Shown here piece after piece: positions 18,109-26,783 of a stretch of 59,925 nucleotides of DNA (positions within the stretch are counted from its first letter, which is position 1; every line of letters starts with the position of its first letter). The stretch spans positions 1 through 59,925 of the forward strand of contig JAGWYL010000003.1 in NCBI GenBank assembly GCA_018969385.1, read 5' to 3'. The translations under genes were made by a program, and so were the position numbers. The DNA is from Patescibacteria group bacterium (GTDB lineage Bacteria > Patescibacteriota > Minisyncoccia > Phycocordibacterales > Phycocordibacteraceae). A model generated the notes under the pieces. It searched no databases and was not told the origin of the DNA. It worked only from the letters and a program-made list of their open reading frames with translations.

Positions 18109-18153
18109 GACAGCGTACAGCGTACAGGTTGCAGCGTACAGTCGTACAGGTTG
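18109..18153. repeat. 7-bp-period tandem array
   Basis: GTACAGC/GTACAGG/TTGCAGC units immediately upstream of the aminotransferase start. Confidence 0.85.
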
Positions 18154-18174
18154 TGCATACTGAACGTGGTCAAT

Positions 18175-18203
18175 TTGACATTTGAAACGTGTGGGGGTAT
18201 TAT
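18175..18203 (+). promoter_or_regulatory. Near-consensus sigma70 promoter of the T-box leader
   Basis: TTGACA-17 nt-TATTAT. Confidence 0.85.
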
Positions 18204-18209
18204 CCTTTC

Positions 18210-18510
18210 AGACGATTCCTGATAACCGTAATGCTTTCGATTCCGGTCCCCCGTGAGATAGGCAAAGCCGTCATCTCACGGGGGGTTGGGCCGGAATCGC
18301 TCCGTGAGATAGGCAAAGCCGCCATCTCACGGGGCAAGGCGGCTTCTGCGTGAGTGGAAGCCCGGACTCCCCCGTAATCATGGGATACCCGATGTCGCGA
18401 GAGCGGAGTCGGCATGAGGTTCGCCTTCGGGCGGACAAAGTAAGGTGGCACCGCGGAAATCCGCCCTTACGATACGAGCGCATTGCGTTCGCATCGCGAG
18501 GGCGGTTTTT
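18210..18510 (+). ncRNA. T-box riboswitch leader
   Basis: Stem III GTTCGCC-TTCG-GGCGGAC, T-box AAGGTGGCACCGCGG (18442-18456), antiterminator partner CGCCCTT, terminator CCGCCCT...AGGGCGG followed by T5 (18461-18510). The 5' boundary is estimated from the promoter. Confidence 0.85.
18251..18334 (+). repeat. Two tandem 33-bp hairpin repeats in the T-box leader
   Basis: CCGTGAGATAGGCAAAGCCG(T/C)CATCTCACGGGG at 18251-18283 and 18302-18334, one mismatch. Confidence 0.9.
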
Positions 18511-18549
18511 CATTTTGGAAACCGCATTGTCCTTTGGAAGGGTACTCAG

Positions 18550-19380
18550 ATGACAGAGGAATTCGTGTTCACCAATGAGCTCATCGCCGGGTCTGTAACG
18601 CTCCGTGGCGACGCGAAGGCGGTCATAAGCACCGTCGCATACGAGCATCCCGACGGGATGCCGGCGCGGTTCGCGGCAGGGCTCATTCCGGCATTCGTCC
18701 TCGCACGCCAATTGCGTGAGAGAGGCATCTTCACCATTGTCCGGATCATCGATCCGACGAGGGTGGCCAACTACTGCAACGGCTGGCAGATGGGGTCGGA
18801 TAAGCTTGACCAGGTCGTCGGTGAGCTCGCGGCGATGCTTGAGGATCGGATCAGCACTACCGAATCGTGCATGCCGCTCACGGGAACGAGCATCCGCCTC
18901 CTCCGAAGCTTGGCGAACGAGCTTGAGGAAGCCGATGGCGCTGTGGGCGAGATGCTTGAACGGTTGCGCTGCTCGGGTCGGCGACACGGAGGTGAGAATG
19001 GTGCGCGTAACGTTGCGCTTTACGCGGCTGCACACCCGTTCTCGTGGCTCGATCTCTTGCACGATTCGTTGTGGAGGGGTCGGTCTTATGAGGCATATCA
19101 GCACATAAACCTCATGAGCAAACCGGAGAGCCGCTTCAGCGTGATGCGCGCATATCTCCGCGACCGTCATCCGGAGATCGCATCGAAAGCGCCGAGGATC
19201 GACCTCGAGATGAAGGTCTGCAATACGCCTTGCTACCTTCGCCTCGACGATGAGCCGACCTTCGACGACTTCATGCGCGACGGTTACGACACGACGCTTG
19301 AGACGTATTACGCCTTACGAACGCGGTCGCAGAACCATCGTCGTGCCTATAACGACTTCAAGGTGCTTTCCCGTTACTGA
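18550..19380 (+). CDS. Hypothetical T-box-controlled protein, possibly class I aaRS/CDPS-like fold
   Basis: SD GGAAGG; directly after the T-box terminator and followed by its own terminator. Confidence 0.75.
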   Translation: MTEEFVFTNELIAGSVTLRGDAKAVISTVAYEHPDGMPARFAAGLIPAFVLARQLRERGIFTIVRIIDPTRVANYCNGWQMGSDKLDQVVGELAAMLEDRISTTESCMPLTGTSIRLLRSLANELEEADGAVGEMLERLRCSGRRHGGENGARNVALYAAAHPFSWLDLLHDSLWRGRSYEAYQHINLMSKPESRFSVMRAYLRDRHPEIASKAPRIDLEMKVCNTPCYLRLDDEPTFDDFMRDGYDTTLETYYALRTRSQNHRRAYNDFKVLSRY

Positions 19381-19393
19381 AAGTGCCTATTAC

Positions 19394-19434
19394 GCCCGGT
19401 ACCGCATACTTCGTGCGGCACCGGGCTCCCTTTT
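19394..19434 (+). terminator. Intrinsic terminator-like hairpin
   Basis: GCCCGGTACCGCA / TGCGGCACCGGGC followed by TCCCTTTT. Confidence 0.6.
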
Positions 19435-19461
19435 ATCGGAAACTCCTAGTATGATTCGCCT

Positions 19462-20154
19462 ATGAAGACACTCGGCATGCTCGGCGGCGTCGGTCCGCAG
19501 ACGACCGCGGAGACCTATCTTTCGGTCATAGAGGCGGTCCGCAAGGCCGGCCGCGACTCCTATCCCCCCATCGTCGTGTACAATCTCCCCTTTCCCTTCC
19601 GCGTCGAACGCGAAGCGATAGTGGAAGGAAGGAACGCGGAGCAGATGATTCCCTTCCTGACCGAGGGTGCTCGGGTTCTCGAACGTTCGGGTGCCGATTT
19701 CGGCATCCTTCCCTGCAATACGCTCCACGCTTACATCGAGGATGTCCGAAAGGCGTCCTCCGTCCCTTTCCTGTCCATACTTGAGGAAACGGCGCGCGCG
19801 CTTTCTGCGTTCGAACCGAAGACGATAGGATTCCTGGCGACACGCTCCACGCTCGCAAGCGGCATATACGAGCGCGCGCTCGCAGGGACCGGACGAGCGT
19901 TCGTCTATCCGGCGGAGGATGAACAGATGGCGCTTACGGAGATGATAGTGCGCCTCCTTGCGGGTTCCCCCGGATATGAAGAACGCGCGGTCGTGGAGAC
20001 GGTGGCGGAGTCGCTCGCCGCCCGCGGCGCAGACGTCATCCTGCTCGCCTGCACCGATATCCAGCTCGCGGCGAGACACGCTGACGTGCCCGTGCCGATA
20101 GTCGACACGATGGAAGTGCTTGGCAATGCGGCTGTTCGCGAACTCCTCGCCTGA
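19462..20154 (+). CDS. Second aspartate/glutamate racemase family protein
   Basis: GMLGGVGP, PCNT, ACTD motifs. Confidence 0.9.
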   Translation: MKTLGMLGGVGPQTTAETYLSVIEAVRKAGRDSYPPIVVYNLPFPFRVEREAIVEGRNAEQMIPFLTEGARVLERSGADFGILPCNTLHAYIEDVRKASSVPFLSILEETARALSAFEPKTIGFLATRSTLASGIYERALAGTGRAFVYPAEDEQMALTEMIVRLLAGSPGYEERAVVETVAESLAARGADVILLACTDIQLAARHADVPVPIVDTMEVLGNAAVRELLA

Positions 20155-20155
20155 C

Positions 20156-20638
20156 CTACGCAAGCAGGATGAGCGCGGCCAGAGGACCCACGAACCACCA
20201 GAAGAAGAGCTGGGTATCCGTGAAGAGCGTGATGAGCGGCTTGCCGATGTCGTACACGGTCTGGAACGCGAGCACCTGATAGAGAAGCGTCAGGATGAAG
20301 CCTGCGGTGAGTACGGAAATGACGATGAGCGAGAAGACGCCGAAGAGGTTGAAATCCACGGCGACCTTGCGGACGAGGTAGAACGCCGCGCCCGCGAGGA
20401 CGGCGAAGAGCACGAGCGAGACGAGGAACGCGGAAGCGCCCGATGCCTTCACGAGCGCTGCGCGATACGGGAAGACGCTGTAGATGGCGTATGCCACGTA
20501 AAGCGAGATGACGCACGCGACGAACGGCCCGCGTCCGGCCGTGCGCGCGAAGATGAATATCGCGACGGCAAGCGCGATAAAGATGAGCATCCCCGTGGCA
20601 TCACTCGTTATTACTGCAGCAAGAAGCGGCGTCTGCAT
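20156..20638 (-). CDS. Hypothetical multi-pass membrane protein
   Basis: Several hydrophobic helices; codon style matches the backbone. Confidence 0.75.
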   Translation of the reverse strand: MQTPLLAAVITSDATGMLIFIALAVAIFIFARTAGRGPFVACVISLYVAYAIYSVFPYRAALVKASGASAFLVSLVLFAVLAGAAFYLVRKVAVDFNLFGVFSLIVISVLTAGFILTLLYQVLAFQTVYDIGKPLITLFTDTQLFFWWFVGPLAALILLA

Positions 20639-20699
20639 GCGCTCAGCTTACCGCCTTTGGCGTGTCGCTGATAGTGCCCGCCTGTGCATTTTCCTGAAG

Positions 20700-20731
20700 C
20701 CTGTCAGCTGTACGCTGTAACCTGTCAGCTA
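20700..20731. repeat. 7-bp-period tandem array
   Basis: CCTGTCA GCTGTAC GCTGTAA CCTGTCA GCTA, just after the dnaJ stop. Confidence 0.85.
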
Positions 20732-20733
20732 TT

Positions 20734-21816
20734 TCAGAGCCCTTCCGTCTTCAGGTCCTCGACCGCTTTCTTCGCGTTGCCCGAAAGTTTCTGCGGCATG
20801 ATGACGCGAACGTTGATGAGCAGGTCGCCGCGCGTTCCCTGGAGCGCTACGCCCTTGCCGCGGATGCGCAGCACCTCTTCCGCGCGCCGCATCGCGGGTA
20901 CTTTCACTTCTATGGTCTTGCCGTCGATGGTTTCGACGGAAACCGTGGCGCCGAGAAGCGCATCCGTGAGCTTCACCGGAAGCTCCATGAGAAGATTCGC
21001 GCCGTCCTTGCGGAAGACCGGATGCGGCTGCACGTGCACTTTGACGTAGAGGTCGCCCGGCGTGCCGCCCTTCACCGCTTCGCCCTTCTGCGGAAGGCGT
21101 ATCATCTCGCCGTTGTCCATGCCCGCGGGAATGTCTATGGAAATCTCTTCTTCCTTGCGGTGCACGCCGTGTCCGCCGCAGGCGGTGCACTTCTCCTTCG
21201 GAATCTTGCCGGTCCCTTCGCAGGCCGGGCAGGCGCGCACGCTGGTGAATGCGCCAAGGATGGAATTGCGCGTCTCATGCACGCGCCCCGAGCCGCCGCA
21301 GGTGGAACAGGTCTCAAGTTCGGTTCCCGGCTTAGCGCCGGAGCCGTGGCACACGTCGCAGGCGGACACTTTCGCGAGCAGCACGGAGCGTTTCGCGCCA
21401 AGGACGGACTCCTTGAAGGAAATCTGGATGTCGATGGAGATGTCGCGTCCGCGCTTCCCGCGTGCCTGCCGGCTGCCGCCGAAGATATCGCCGAAGCCGT
21501 CGAACAGGTCGCCGAAGTCGAACTCCGCTCCCTGGCCGCCGAAGCCCTGCTGGAACTGCGAGAAGTCGAACCCGCCGAAGCCGGCGCCCTGTCCCTGCGA
21601 TCCGCCTCCCGCGAAGGATTGCCCGTAGGTGTCGTACTCCCGACGGCGCTTGTCATCGCCGAGAACGCTGTACGCCTCCGTTATTTCCTTGAACTTCGCT
21701 TCGTCGCCGCCCTTGTCCGGGTGATACTTCTGGGCGAGCTTGCGGAACGCTTTCTTGATGTCGTCCTTCGACGCCTTCTTGTCGACGCCGAGCGTTTCGT
21801 AGTAATTCTTGGCCAT
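20734..21816 (-). CDS. dnaJ: Chaperone DnaJ
   Basis: J domain with HPD, G/F region, four CxxCxGxG repeats. Confidence 0.98.
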   Translation of the reverse strand: MAKNYYETLGVDKKASKDDIKKAFRKLAQKYHPDKGGDEAKFKEITEAYSVLGDDKRRREYDTYGQSFAGGGSQGQGAGFGGFDFSQFQQGFGGQGAEFDFGDLFDGFGDIFGGSRQARGKRGRDISIDIQISFKESVLGAKRSVLLAKVSACDVCHGSGAKPGTELETCSTCGGSGRVHETRNSILGAFTSVRACPACEGTGKIPKEKCTACGGHGVHRKEEEISIDIPAGMDNGEMIRLPQKGEAVKGGTPGDLYVKVHVQPHPVFRKDGANLLMELPVKLTDALLGATVSVETIDGKTIEVKVPAMRRAEEVLRIRGKGVALQGTRGDLLINVRVIMPQKLSGNAKKAVEDLKTEGL

Positions 21817-21918
21817 AGGTATCGAGATTATACGCGCATCCCTAAGGTATGCAAAAAGCTAGCCGCAAGCACCATGAATATGATGCTTGCGGCTATTCGC
21901 GGACGGCGCGCTGCGGCG

Positions 21919-22311
21919 TCAAGTGAGCTCGAACGTGCCCTTTTCGAACACGGTGTGCTTCCCGGCCGTCGTCATCGGGCGCCTCGCTTCCGGCTCCGAC
22001 ACATAGTGCGTGAGCCAGACGGTTCGCGTCTCCCCCGCCACCTTGATGGTGATGGAATCGCAGCCGGAATGGTCGCCGAAGTGCGGTGTGGCGCTCTTGA
22101 TCGTGCCGATAATCATCCCGGCGGGGTCATCGTCGCGCACGAACTTGAACTGGCGCCCCACGAGCTGCTCGGGGTCCGTAATCTCAGGCGGCAGCCCGAG
22201 AATCTTGAGCACTTCGCGTATGGGCGGCGATGCGCGCGGTACGTAAGCTTCCTTGCGGGCGGCAACCGCGGCGGGCGTGTCCACCTGCCCTTCTTCTACA
22301 TGTCTTGTCAT
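21919..22311 (-). CDS. Orphan hypothetical protein inserted between dnaK and dnaJ
   Basis: AGGAGG SD and a strong own promoter. Confidence 0.6.
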   Translation of the reverse strand: MTRHVEEGQVDTPAAVAARKEAYVPRASPPIREVLKILGLPPEITDPEQLVGRQFKFVRDDDPAGMIIGTIKSATPHFGDHSGCDSITIKVAGETRTVWLTHYVSEPEARRPMTTAGKHTVFEKGTFELT

Positions 22312-22338
22312 ACGGAACTCTCCTCCTGATTCGAGAGA

Positions 22339-22366
22339 ATTATATCACACGCTACCTATACGTCAA
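22339..22366 (-). promoter_or_regulatory. Promoter of the orphan gene
   Basis: TTGACG-16 nt-TATAAT with extended TGn. Confidence 0.7.
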
Positions 22367-22398
22367 TTCACGCGAAGACGAGCGGCATCCATTCATAC

Positions 22399-22428
22399 GC
22401 ACGCGGCCCACATGTACGGGCCGCGTGC
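22399..22428 (-). terminator. Hairpin downstream of dnaK
   Basis: GCACGCGGCCC / GGGCCGCGTGC 11-bp stem. Confidence 0.55.
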
Positions 22429-22450
22429 AGTGTGGGAACCGCCTGTATGG

Positions 22451-24352
22451 CTACTCCTTCTCCTTGAACTCCGCGTCCGTGGGGCCGCCCGAGGCATCCG
22501 AGGGCGGCGGGGTCTCCCCTCCCGGGGCGGCGCTTCCCGAGTCCTGCTGCGCCTTCATCATCGCCTCCCCTATCTTGGAGAGCGAAGCGGAGAGCGCCTC
22601 GGTCGCGGACTTGAGCGCATCCGCATCCTCGCCACCGCGCGCGGCCTTCACCGCCTCCGCCTTCTCGTTCACTTCCTTCACGATATCCGCAGGGGCTTTG
22701 CCGCCCGCGTCCTTCACCGCTTTCTCCGCCGTGTAGACCATCTGGTCCGCGACATTGCGCGCGTCCGCGAGCGCCTTGCGCTTCTCGTCCTCGCCCGCGT
22801 GCATCTCCGCGTCTTTCTTCATCTTCTCGATATCGGCATCCGAGAGCCCGGTGGAGCCTTCGATGCGGATGCTCTGCTCCTTGCCGCTCGTCTTCTCCTT
22901 CGCCTTGACCGTGAGGATGCCGTTCGCGTCGACATCGAAGGTCACCTCGACCTGCGGAAGCCCTCGCGGCGCGGGCGGTATGCCGTCCAGCATGAACTTG
23001 CCGAGCGACTTGTTGTCAGCGCTCATCGCGCGCTCGCCCTGCGTGATGTGGATTTCCACGGAGGTCTGGTTATCCGCGGCGGTGGAGAAGGTCTGGGAAC
23101 GCGAGGTCGGTATGGCGGTATTGCGCTCGATGAGCTTCGTCGCGACGCCGCCCATCGTCTCTATCGCGAGCGAAAGCGGTATGACGTCGACGAGGAGGAT
23201 ATCCTTCACGTCGCCCTGCATGATGCCGGCCTGTATGGCCGCGCCTACCGCCACCACCTCGTCCGGATTCACGCCCATGTGCAGCTCCTTCCCGAACAGC
23301 TTCTTCACCTCCTCCTGTATCTTCGGCATGCGCGTCTGGCCGCCGACCATGACAATCTCATTGATGTCGGAAGGCTTCAGGTTCGCGGCGTCGAGCGCAC
23401 GCTTCGTGATGTCGATGGAGCGCGTGATGTATTCCTCCGCAAGGGACTCGAGGGTGGCGCGCGTCATCTTCACGAGAAGGTGCTGCGGCGTGCCGCCCGA
23501 GTCCACGGTGATGAACGGTATGTTCACTTCGGACTCGTTCGAAGAGGAGAGCTCGTGCTTCGCCTTCTCCGCCGCTTCGTCGAGGCGCTGGAGCGCGAGC
23601 GGGTCCTTGGACACGTCGATGCCGCTCTGCCTCTTGAATTCGTCCGCAAGATACCGGACGATCTTCTGGTCGATGTCGCGGCCGCCCATGTGGCTGTCCC
23701 CGTCCGTGGACTTCACTTCGATGACGTCGTCGCCGACCTCGAGCACGGATACGTCGAAGGTGCCGCCGCCGAAGTCGAAGACGACTATCTTCTCATCCTT
23801 CTTCTTATTGAAACCGTACGCGAGCGCCGCGGCCGTAGGCTCGTTGATGATGCGCTTCACGTCGAGGCCCGCTATCTTCCCCGCCGCCTTCGTGGCGCTT
23901 CGCTGGCTGTCGTCGAAGTATGCAGGAACGGTGATGATGGCTTCGGTAATCTTCTCTCCGAGCTTCGCCTCCGCGTCCGCCTTCATCTTGCCGAGAATCA
24001 TCGCGGAAATCTCTTCGGGACGGTAATCCTTGTCGCCAAGGTGAATCAGGACGCCGCCGTCTGGACCTTCCTTCACTTCGTACGGGACGATGTCCTTATC
24101 GCGCTTCACGGCTTCATCGGAAAAGCGGTGACCCATGAAGCGCTTGATGCCGTAGATGGTGTTCTTGGGATTCGTGACGCCCTGGCGCTTTGCGAGCGTG
24201 CCCACGAGCCGCTCGCCGTTCTTCGCGATGGCGACGACGGACGGCATGGTGCGCGAACCTTCCGCGTTCTCAAGGACGCGCGGTTCGCCGCCCTCCATGA
24301 TAGCCATGGCGGAATTCGTAGTGCCGAGGTCAATGCCGAGTATCTTTGCCAT
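22451..24352 (-). CDS. dnaK: Chaperone DnaK
   Basis: [36 protein letters not shown]. Confidence 0.99.
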   Translation of the reverse strand: MAKILGIDLGTTNSAMAIMEGGEPRVLENAEGSRTMPSVVAIAKNGERLVGTLAKRQGVTNPKNTIYGIKRFMGHRFSDEAVKRDKDIVPYEVKEGPDGGVLIHLGDKDYRPEEISAMILGKMKADAEAKLGEKITEAIITVPAYFDDSQRSATKAAGKIAGLDVKRIINEPTAAALAYGFNKKKDEKIVVFDFGGGTFDVSVLEVGDDVIEVKSTDGDSHMGGRDIDQKIVRYLADEFKRQSGIDVSKDPLALQRLDEAAEKAKHELSSSNESEVNIPFITVDSGGTPQHLLVKMTRATLESLAEEYITRSIDITKRALDAANLKPSDINEIVMVGGQTRMPKIQEEVKKLFGKELHMGVNPDEVVAVGAAIQAGIMQGDVKDILLVDVIPLSLAIETMGGVATKLIERNTAIPTSRSQTFSTAADNQTSVEIHITQGERAMSADNKSLGKFMLDGIPPAPRGLPQVEVTFDVDANGILTVKAKEKTSGKEQSIRIEGSTGLSDADIEKMKKDAEMHAGEDEKRKALADARNVADQMVYTAEKAVKDAGGKAPADIVKEVNEKAEAVKAARGGEDADALKSATEALSASLSKIGEAMMKAQQDSGSAAPGGETPPPSDASGGPTDAEFKEKE

Positions 24353-24360
24353 AAGAAATA

Positions 24361-24393
24361 GGTTACAGGTGACAGCGTACAGCTGACAGCTTA
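24361..24393. repeat. 7-bp-period tandem array
   Basis: GGTTACA GGTGACA GCGTACA GCTGACA GCTTA, just upstream of dnaK. Confidence 0.85.
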
Positions 24394-24449
24394 TAAATGC
24401 ATCCTCCGCGCCCGTAGCAAAACCATTTTATACATTTTAACCTTCGCCA

Positions 24450-24989
24450 TCAAGCATGGCCAGCGAAGTGGTAGACGCGGACTTTGGCCGGGCGGATGAC
24501 GGAGTCCCCGAGTTTCCAACCCCTTTCCAGGACCGCAGAGACGGTATCGTCCGCTCCGGCGGAAGGCGCCGGATCCTGGCCGAGCGCGTCGTGGAGCGCT
24601 GGATTGAAGGCTTCACCCGCTTCCCCGAGCGGTTCGAGTCCGAGCGACGAGAAGCCGCCCTCGAGCTGCCTCACGATGCCTGCGAAGCCTTCCGGCAGCC
24701 CGCCGTGCTCCTTCGCGCGCTCGAGCGCGTCGAAGGCGGGCAGGAGCGCCTCCGCCGCTTTTATTACGCCGCGCATCCTCTCTGCCTTCTTCTCTTCGTC
24801 GAACCGCTTAAGCGCGTTCACGTAGTCCGCCTTTGCACGCTGCCAGCCGTCAAGGTACTCCTGCTTCTCCGTCTTGCAGGCGTCCAGTTCGCTCGTGAGC
24901 TTCGCGATTCGCTTCTCCGGGTCGCTCCCCCTAGGCGGCTCGTTATTTTCCGGTTCGAATTCGAACTCTTCGTCTCCTGTCTCACTCAT
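24450..24989 (-). CDS. grpE: Nucleotide exchange factor GrpE
   Basis: RAKADYVN, FNPALHDA, GWKLGDSVIRPAKV. Confidence 0.95.
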   Translation of the reverse strand: MSETGDEEFEFEPENNEPPRGSDPEKRIAKLTSELDACKTEKQEYLDGWQRAKADYVNALKRFDEEKKAERMRGVIKAAEALLPAFDALERAKEHGGLPEGFAGIVRQLEGGFSSLGLEPLGEAGEAFNPALHDALGQDPAPSAGADDTVSAVLERGWKLGDSVIRPAKVRVYHFAGHA

Positions 24990-25020
24990 GCGCCAACTAT
25001 GCCCGAAGTTCTGGGGCAAA

Positions 25021-25416
25021 TCAAATCTGATCACCGCGGAATATGGCTTCTACATTGTTACCTTCCGGGTCGAGCACGAAAGCAACATAGCGCCCGGTCG
25101 GATAGCGCTCCCTGCCACCGGGTGCTCCGTAGTCTGTTGCGCCAGCTCCTATGGCCGCTGCATAGAACGCCTCGACAGTCCCCTCCGAGTCTGCAGAGAA
25201 CGCAACGTGCAATCCTTTCGAGACCGATCTCCCCTCCTTCGGCATCGAAATCCAGAAGAAGGGTCTGTCCACGCCGTATCCGCAAGACGTCTCCTTCTCA
25301 AGCAGTCGACGCATATTGAGTGGCGCTAGTGCGGCGTCATAAAAATGAAGCATCTTCCGATAGTCCAGGACGGCGAATCCGATGTGGTCAAGCGGGCTTA
25401 GTACCATCTCCGTCAT
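25021..25416 (-). CDS. VOC/glyoxalase family protein
   Basis: DHIGFAV, HVAFSA, FVLDPEGNNVE. Confidence 0.88.
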   Translation of the reverse strand: MTEMVLSPLDHIGFAVLDYRKMLHFYDAALAPLNMRRLLEKETSCGYGVDRPFFWISMPKEGRSVSKGLHVAFSADSEGTVEAFYAAAIGAGATDYGAPGGRERYPTGRYVAFVLDPEGNNVEAIFRGDQI

Positions 25417-25446
25417 TAATCCGATGATAGCATCGGGCGGTCCAAA

Positions 25447-25481
25447 TCGATATCAAGGTCCTCGATATCAAGGTCCGACCT
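25447..25481. repeat. Tandem 15-mer ending in an AGGTCCGACCT palindrome
   Basis: TCGATATCAAGGTCC x2 followed by GACCT. Confidence 0.75.
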
Positions 25482-25513
25482 CGCCGCGATGTCAACTTTT
25501 ACAGGCAAACGAA

Positions 25514-25535
25514 AGCGTCCCCATCCGGGGACGCT
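25514..25535 (-). terminator. Terminator hairpin after rpsI
   Basis: AGCGTCCCC-ATCC-GGGGACGCT. Confidence 0.65.
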
Positions 25536-25542
25536 CCTTCGA

Positions 25543-25941
25543 TTAACGCTTACTCCACTGCTTCCGCTTCCTGGCTTTGACGAGTCCCGGCTTCTTGCGC
25601 TCCTTCGCGCGCGGGTCGCGGGTGAGGAGTCCCTCCGCTTTGACCGCCTTGCGGGTATTCGGTTCCGCCTTGATGAGCGCGCGAGCGATGGCATGGCGCA
25701 CCGCGGCGGCCTGCGCGGCGATGCCGCCGCCCGAGACCTGTGCCCTCACCGCGTACGTCTTCGCCGTTTCGGTTCCCGTGAGCGCCTCCGTCGCGACCTT
25801 GGTGCGTTCGTCCGTGTGGAAATAGTCCGCGGCAGAAACGCCGTTCACGGTAACGGATGCGGAGTCCGCCTCGACGAGCCGCACGCTCGCGATGGCGGTC
25901 TTCCTGCGTCCGACTGCTTGGATGGTATCTTTCGTAGCCAT
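25543..25941 (-). CDS. rpsI: 30S ribosomal protein S9
   Basis: GRRKTAIA, GGGIAAQA, RKRKQWSKR. Confidence 0.98.
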   Translation of the reverse strand: MATKDTIQAVGRRKTAIASVRLVEADSASVTVNGVSAADYFHTDERTKVATEALTGTETAKTYAVRAQVSGGGIAAQAAAVRHAIARALIKAEPNTRKAVKAEGLLTRDPRAKERKKPGLVKARKRKQWSKR

Positions 25942-25947
25942 TGTATT

Positions 25948-25973
25948 TCTGTACGCTGTCAGCTGTACGCTAA
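25948..25973. repeat. 7-bp-period tandem array
   Basis: TCTGTAC GCTGTCA GCTGTAC GCTAA between rplM and rpsI. Confidence 0.8.
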
Positions 25974-26374
25974 TCTTTTATCGTAAGACGCTTCATGCGC
26001 TCCTTGCGGAGGCGGTTGCGCGGAATCATGCCGTCCACCGTCTTGCGGATGACCTCGGCGACGCCCTTCTTCGCGATGAGTTCGGCCATCGTGGTGGCGC
26101 GCTGGCCGCCCGGATAACCCGTGTAGCGCAGGTACACCTTCCCTGCCGTGCGGCGCTCCGAAAGATGGAGCTTGTCCGCGTTCGTGATGACGACCTTCAC
26201 GGGGAGGACGCGCTCCTTCGTGAACTGCGCCATGCGCTTGCCGAGAAGAGCGTGCGCAGCTTCGCTCGCGACGCGTCCGAGCGTGCGGTCCGTGGCGTCG
26301 ATGGCGTACGTCGCCGGGGAGACGGCGCGCTTTGCGGCTTTCTTCTTCGTGGATGCGTTCATTGCGGTTGTCAT
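25970..26374 (-). CDS. rplM: 50S ribosomal protein L13
   Basis: IDATDRTLGRVAS, YTGYPGG, GMIPRNRL. Confidence 0.97.
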   Translation of the reverse strand: MTTAMNASTKKKAAKRAVSPATYAIDATDRTLGRVASEAAHALLGKRMAQFTKERVLPVKVVITNADKLHLSERRTAGKVYLRYTGYPGGQRATTMAELIAKKGVAEVIRKTVDGMIPRNRLRKERMKRLTIKD

Positions 26375-26406
26375 GGTGTTTTACAGGAAATCGGAGTACG
26401 AGGCAA

Positions 26407-26760
26407 CTAGACGAAGGCGATGTACGCGAGCTTGCGCGCATCGTTCGCGCCGCGCTTCGCGCGCTTCACGATGCGCGTGTACCCGCCTGCGCGTTCCGCA
26501 TAGCGCGGTGCGACCGCTGCGAAGAGCTTCTTGACGGCGGCCTCGTCCGCGAGGCTTGCAGCCGCGAGGCGGCGGCTCGCGAGCGTTCCCCGCTTCCCAT
26601 AGGTGACGAGACGCTCGATGTACGGGCGCAGCTCCTTCGCTTTCGCTTCAGTGGTTGAGATGCGTTCGTGCATGATGAGAGAACGCGCCAAGGAGCGCAG
26701 CAGCGCGCGCCGCTGGTTCGTCGGCCGGTTGAACGCACGTCCTTTTGATCGGTGTCGCAT
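26407..26760 (-). CDS. rplQ: 50S ribosomal protein L17
   Basis: MRHR, ERISTTEAKAKELR, RAGGYTRI. Confidence 0.98.
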   Translation of the reverse strand: MRHRSKGRAFNRPTNQRRALLRSLARSLIMHERISTTEAKAKELRPYIERLVTYGKRGTLASRRLAAASLADEAAVKKLFAAVAPRYAERAGGYTRIVKRAKRGANDARKLAYIAFV

Positions 26761-26783
26761 AGGTCAGTACCAGGAAGCAACTG

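Noticed and set aside
18109-18153. Heptamer arrays as CRISPR repeats
   Set aside because: Units are 7 bp, contiguous and without spacers.
22253-24361. 702-aa ORF antisense to dnaK, plus many other long shadow ORFs (antisense to leuS, atpD, the PaaK-like gene, argS)
   Set aside because: Expected by-product of high-GC codon bias; no motifs and full overlap with well-supported genes.
24990-25020. CIRCE heat-shock operator upstream of grpE
   Set aside because: No TTAGCACTC-N9-GAGTGCTAA match visible.
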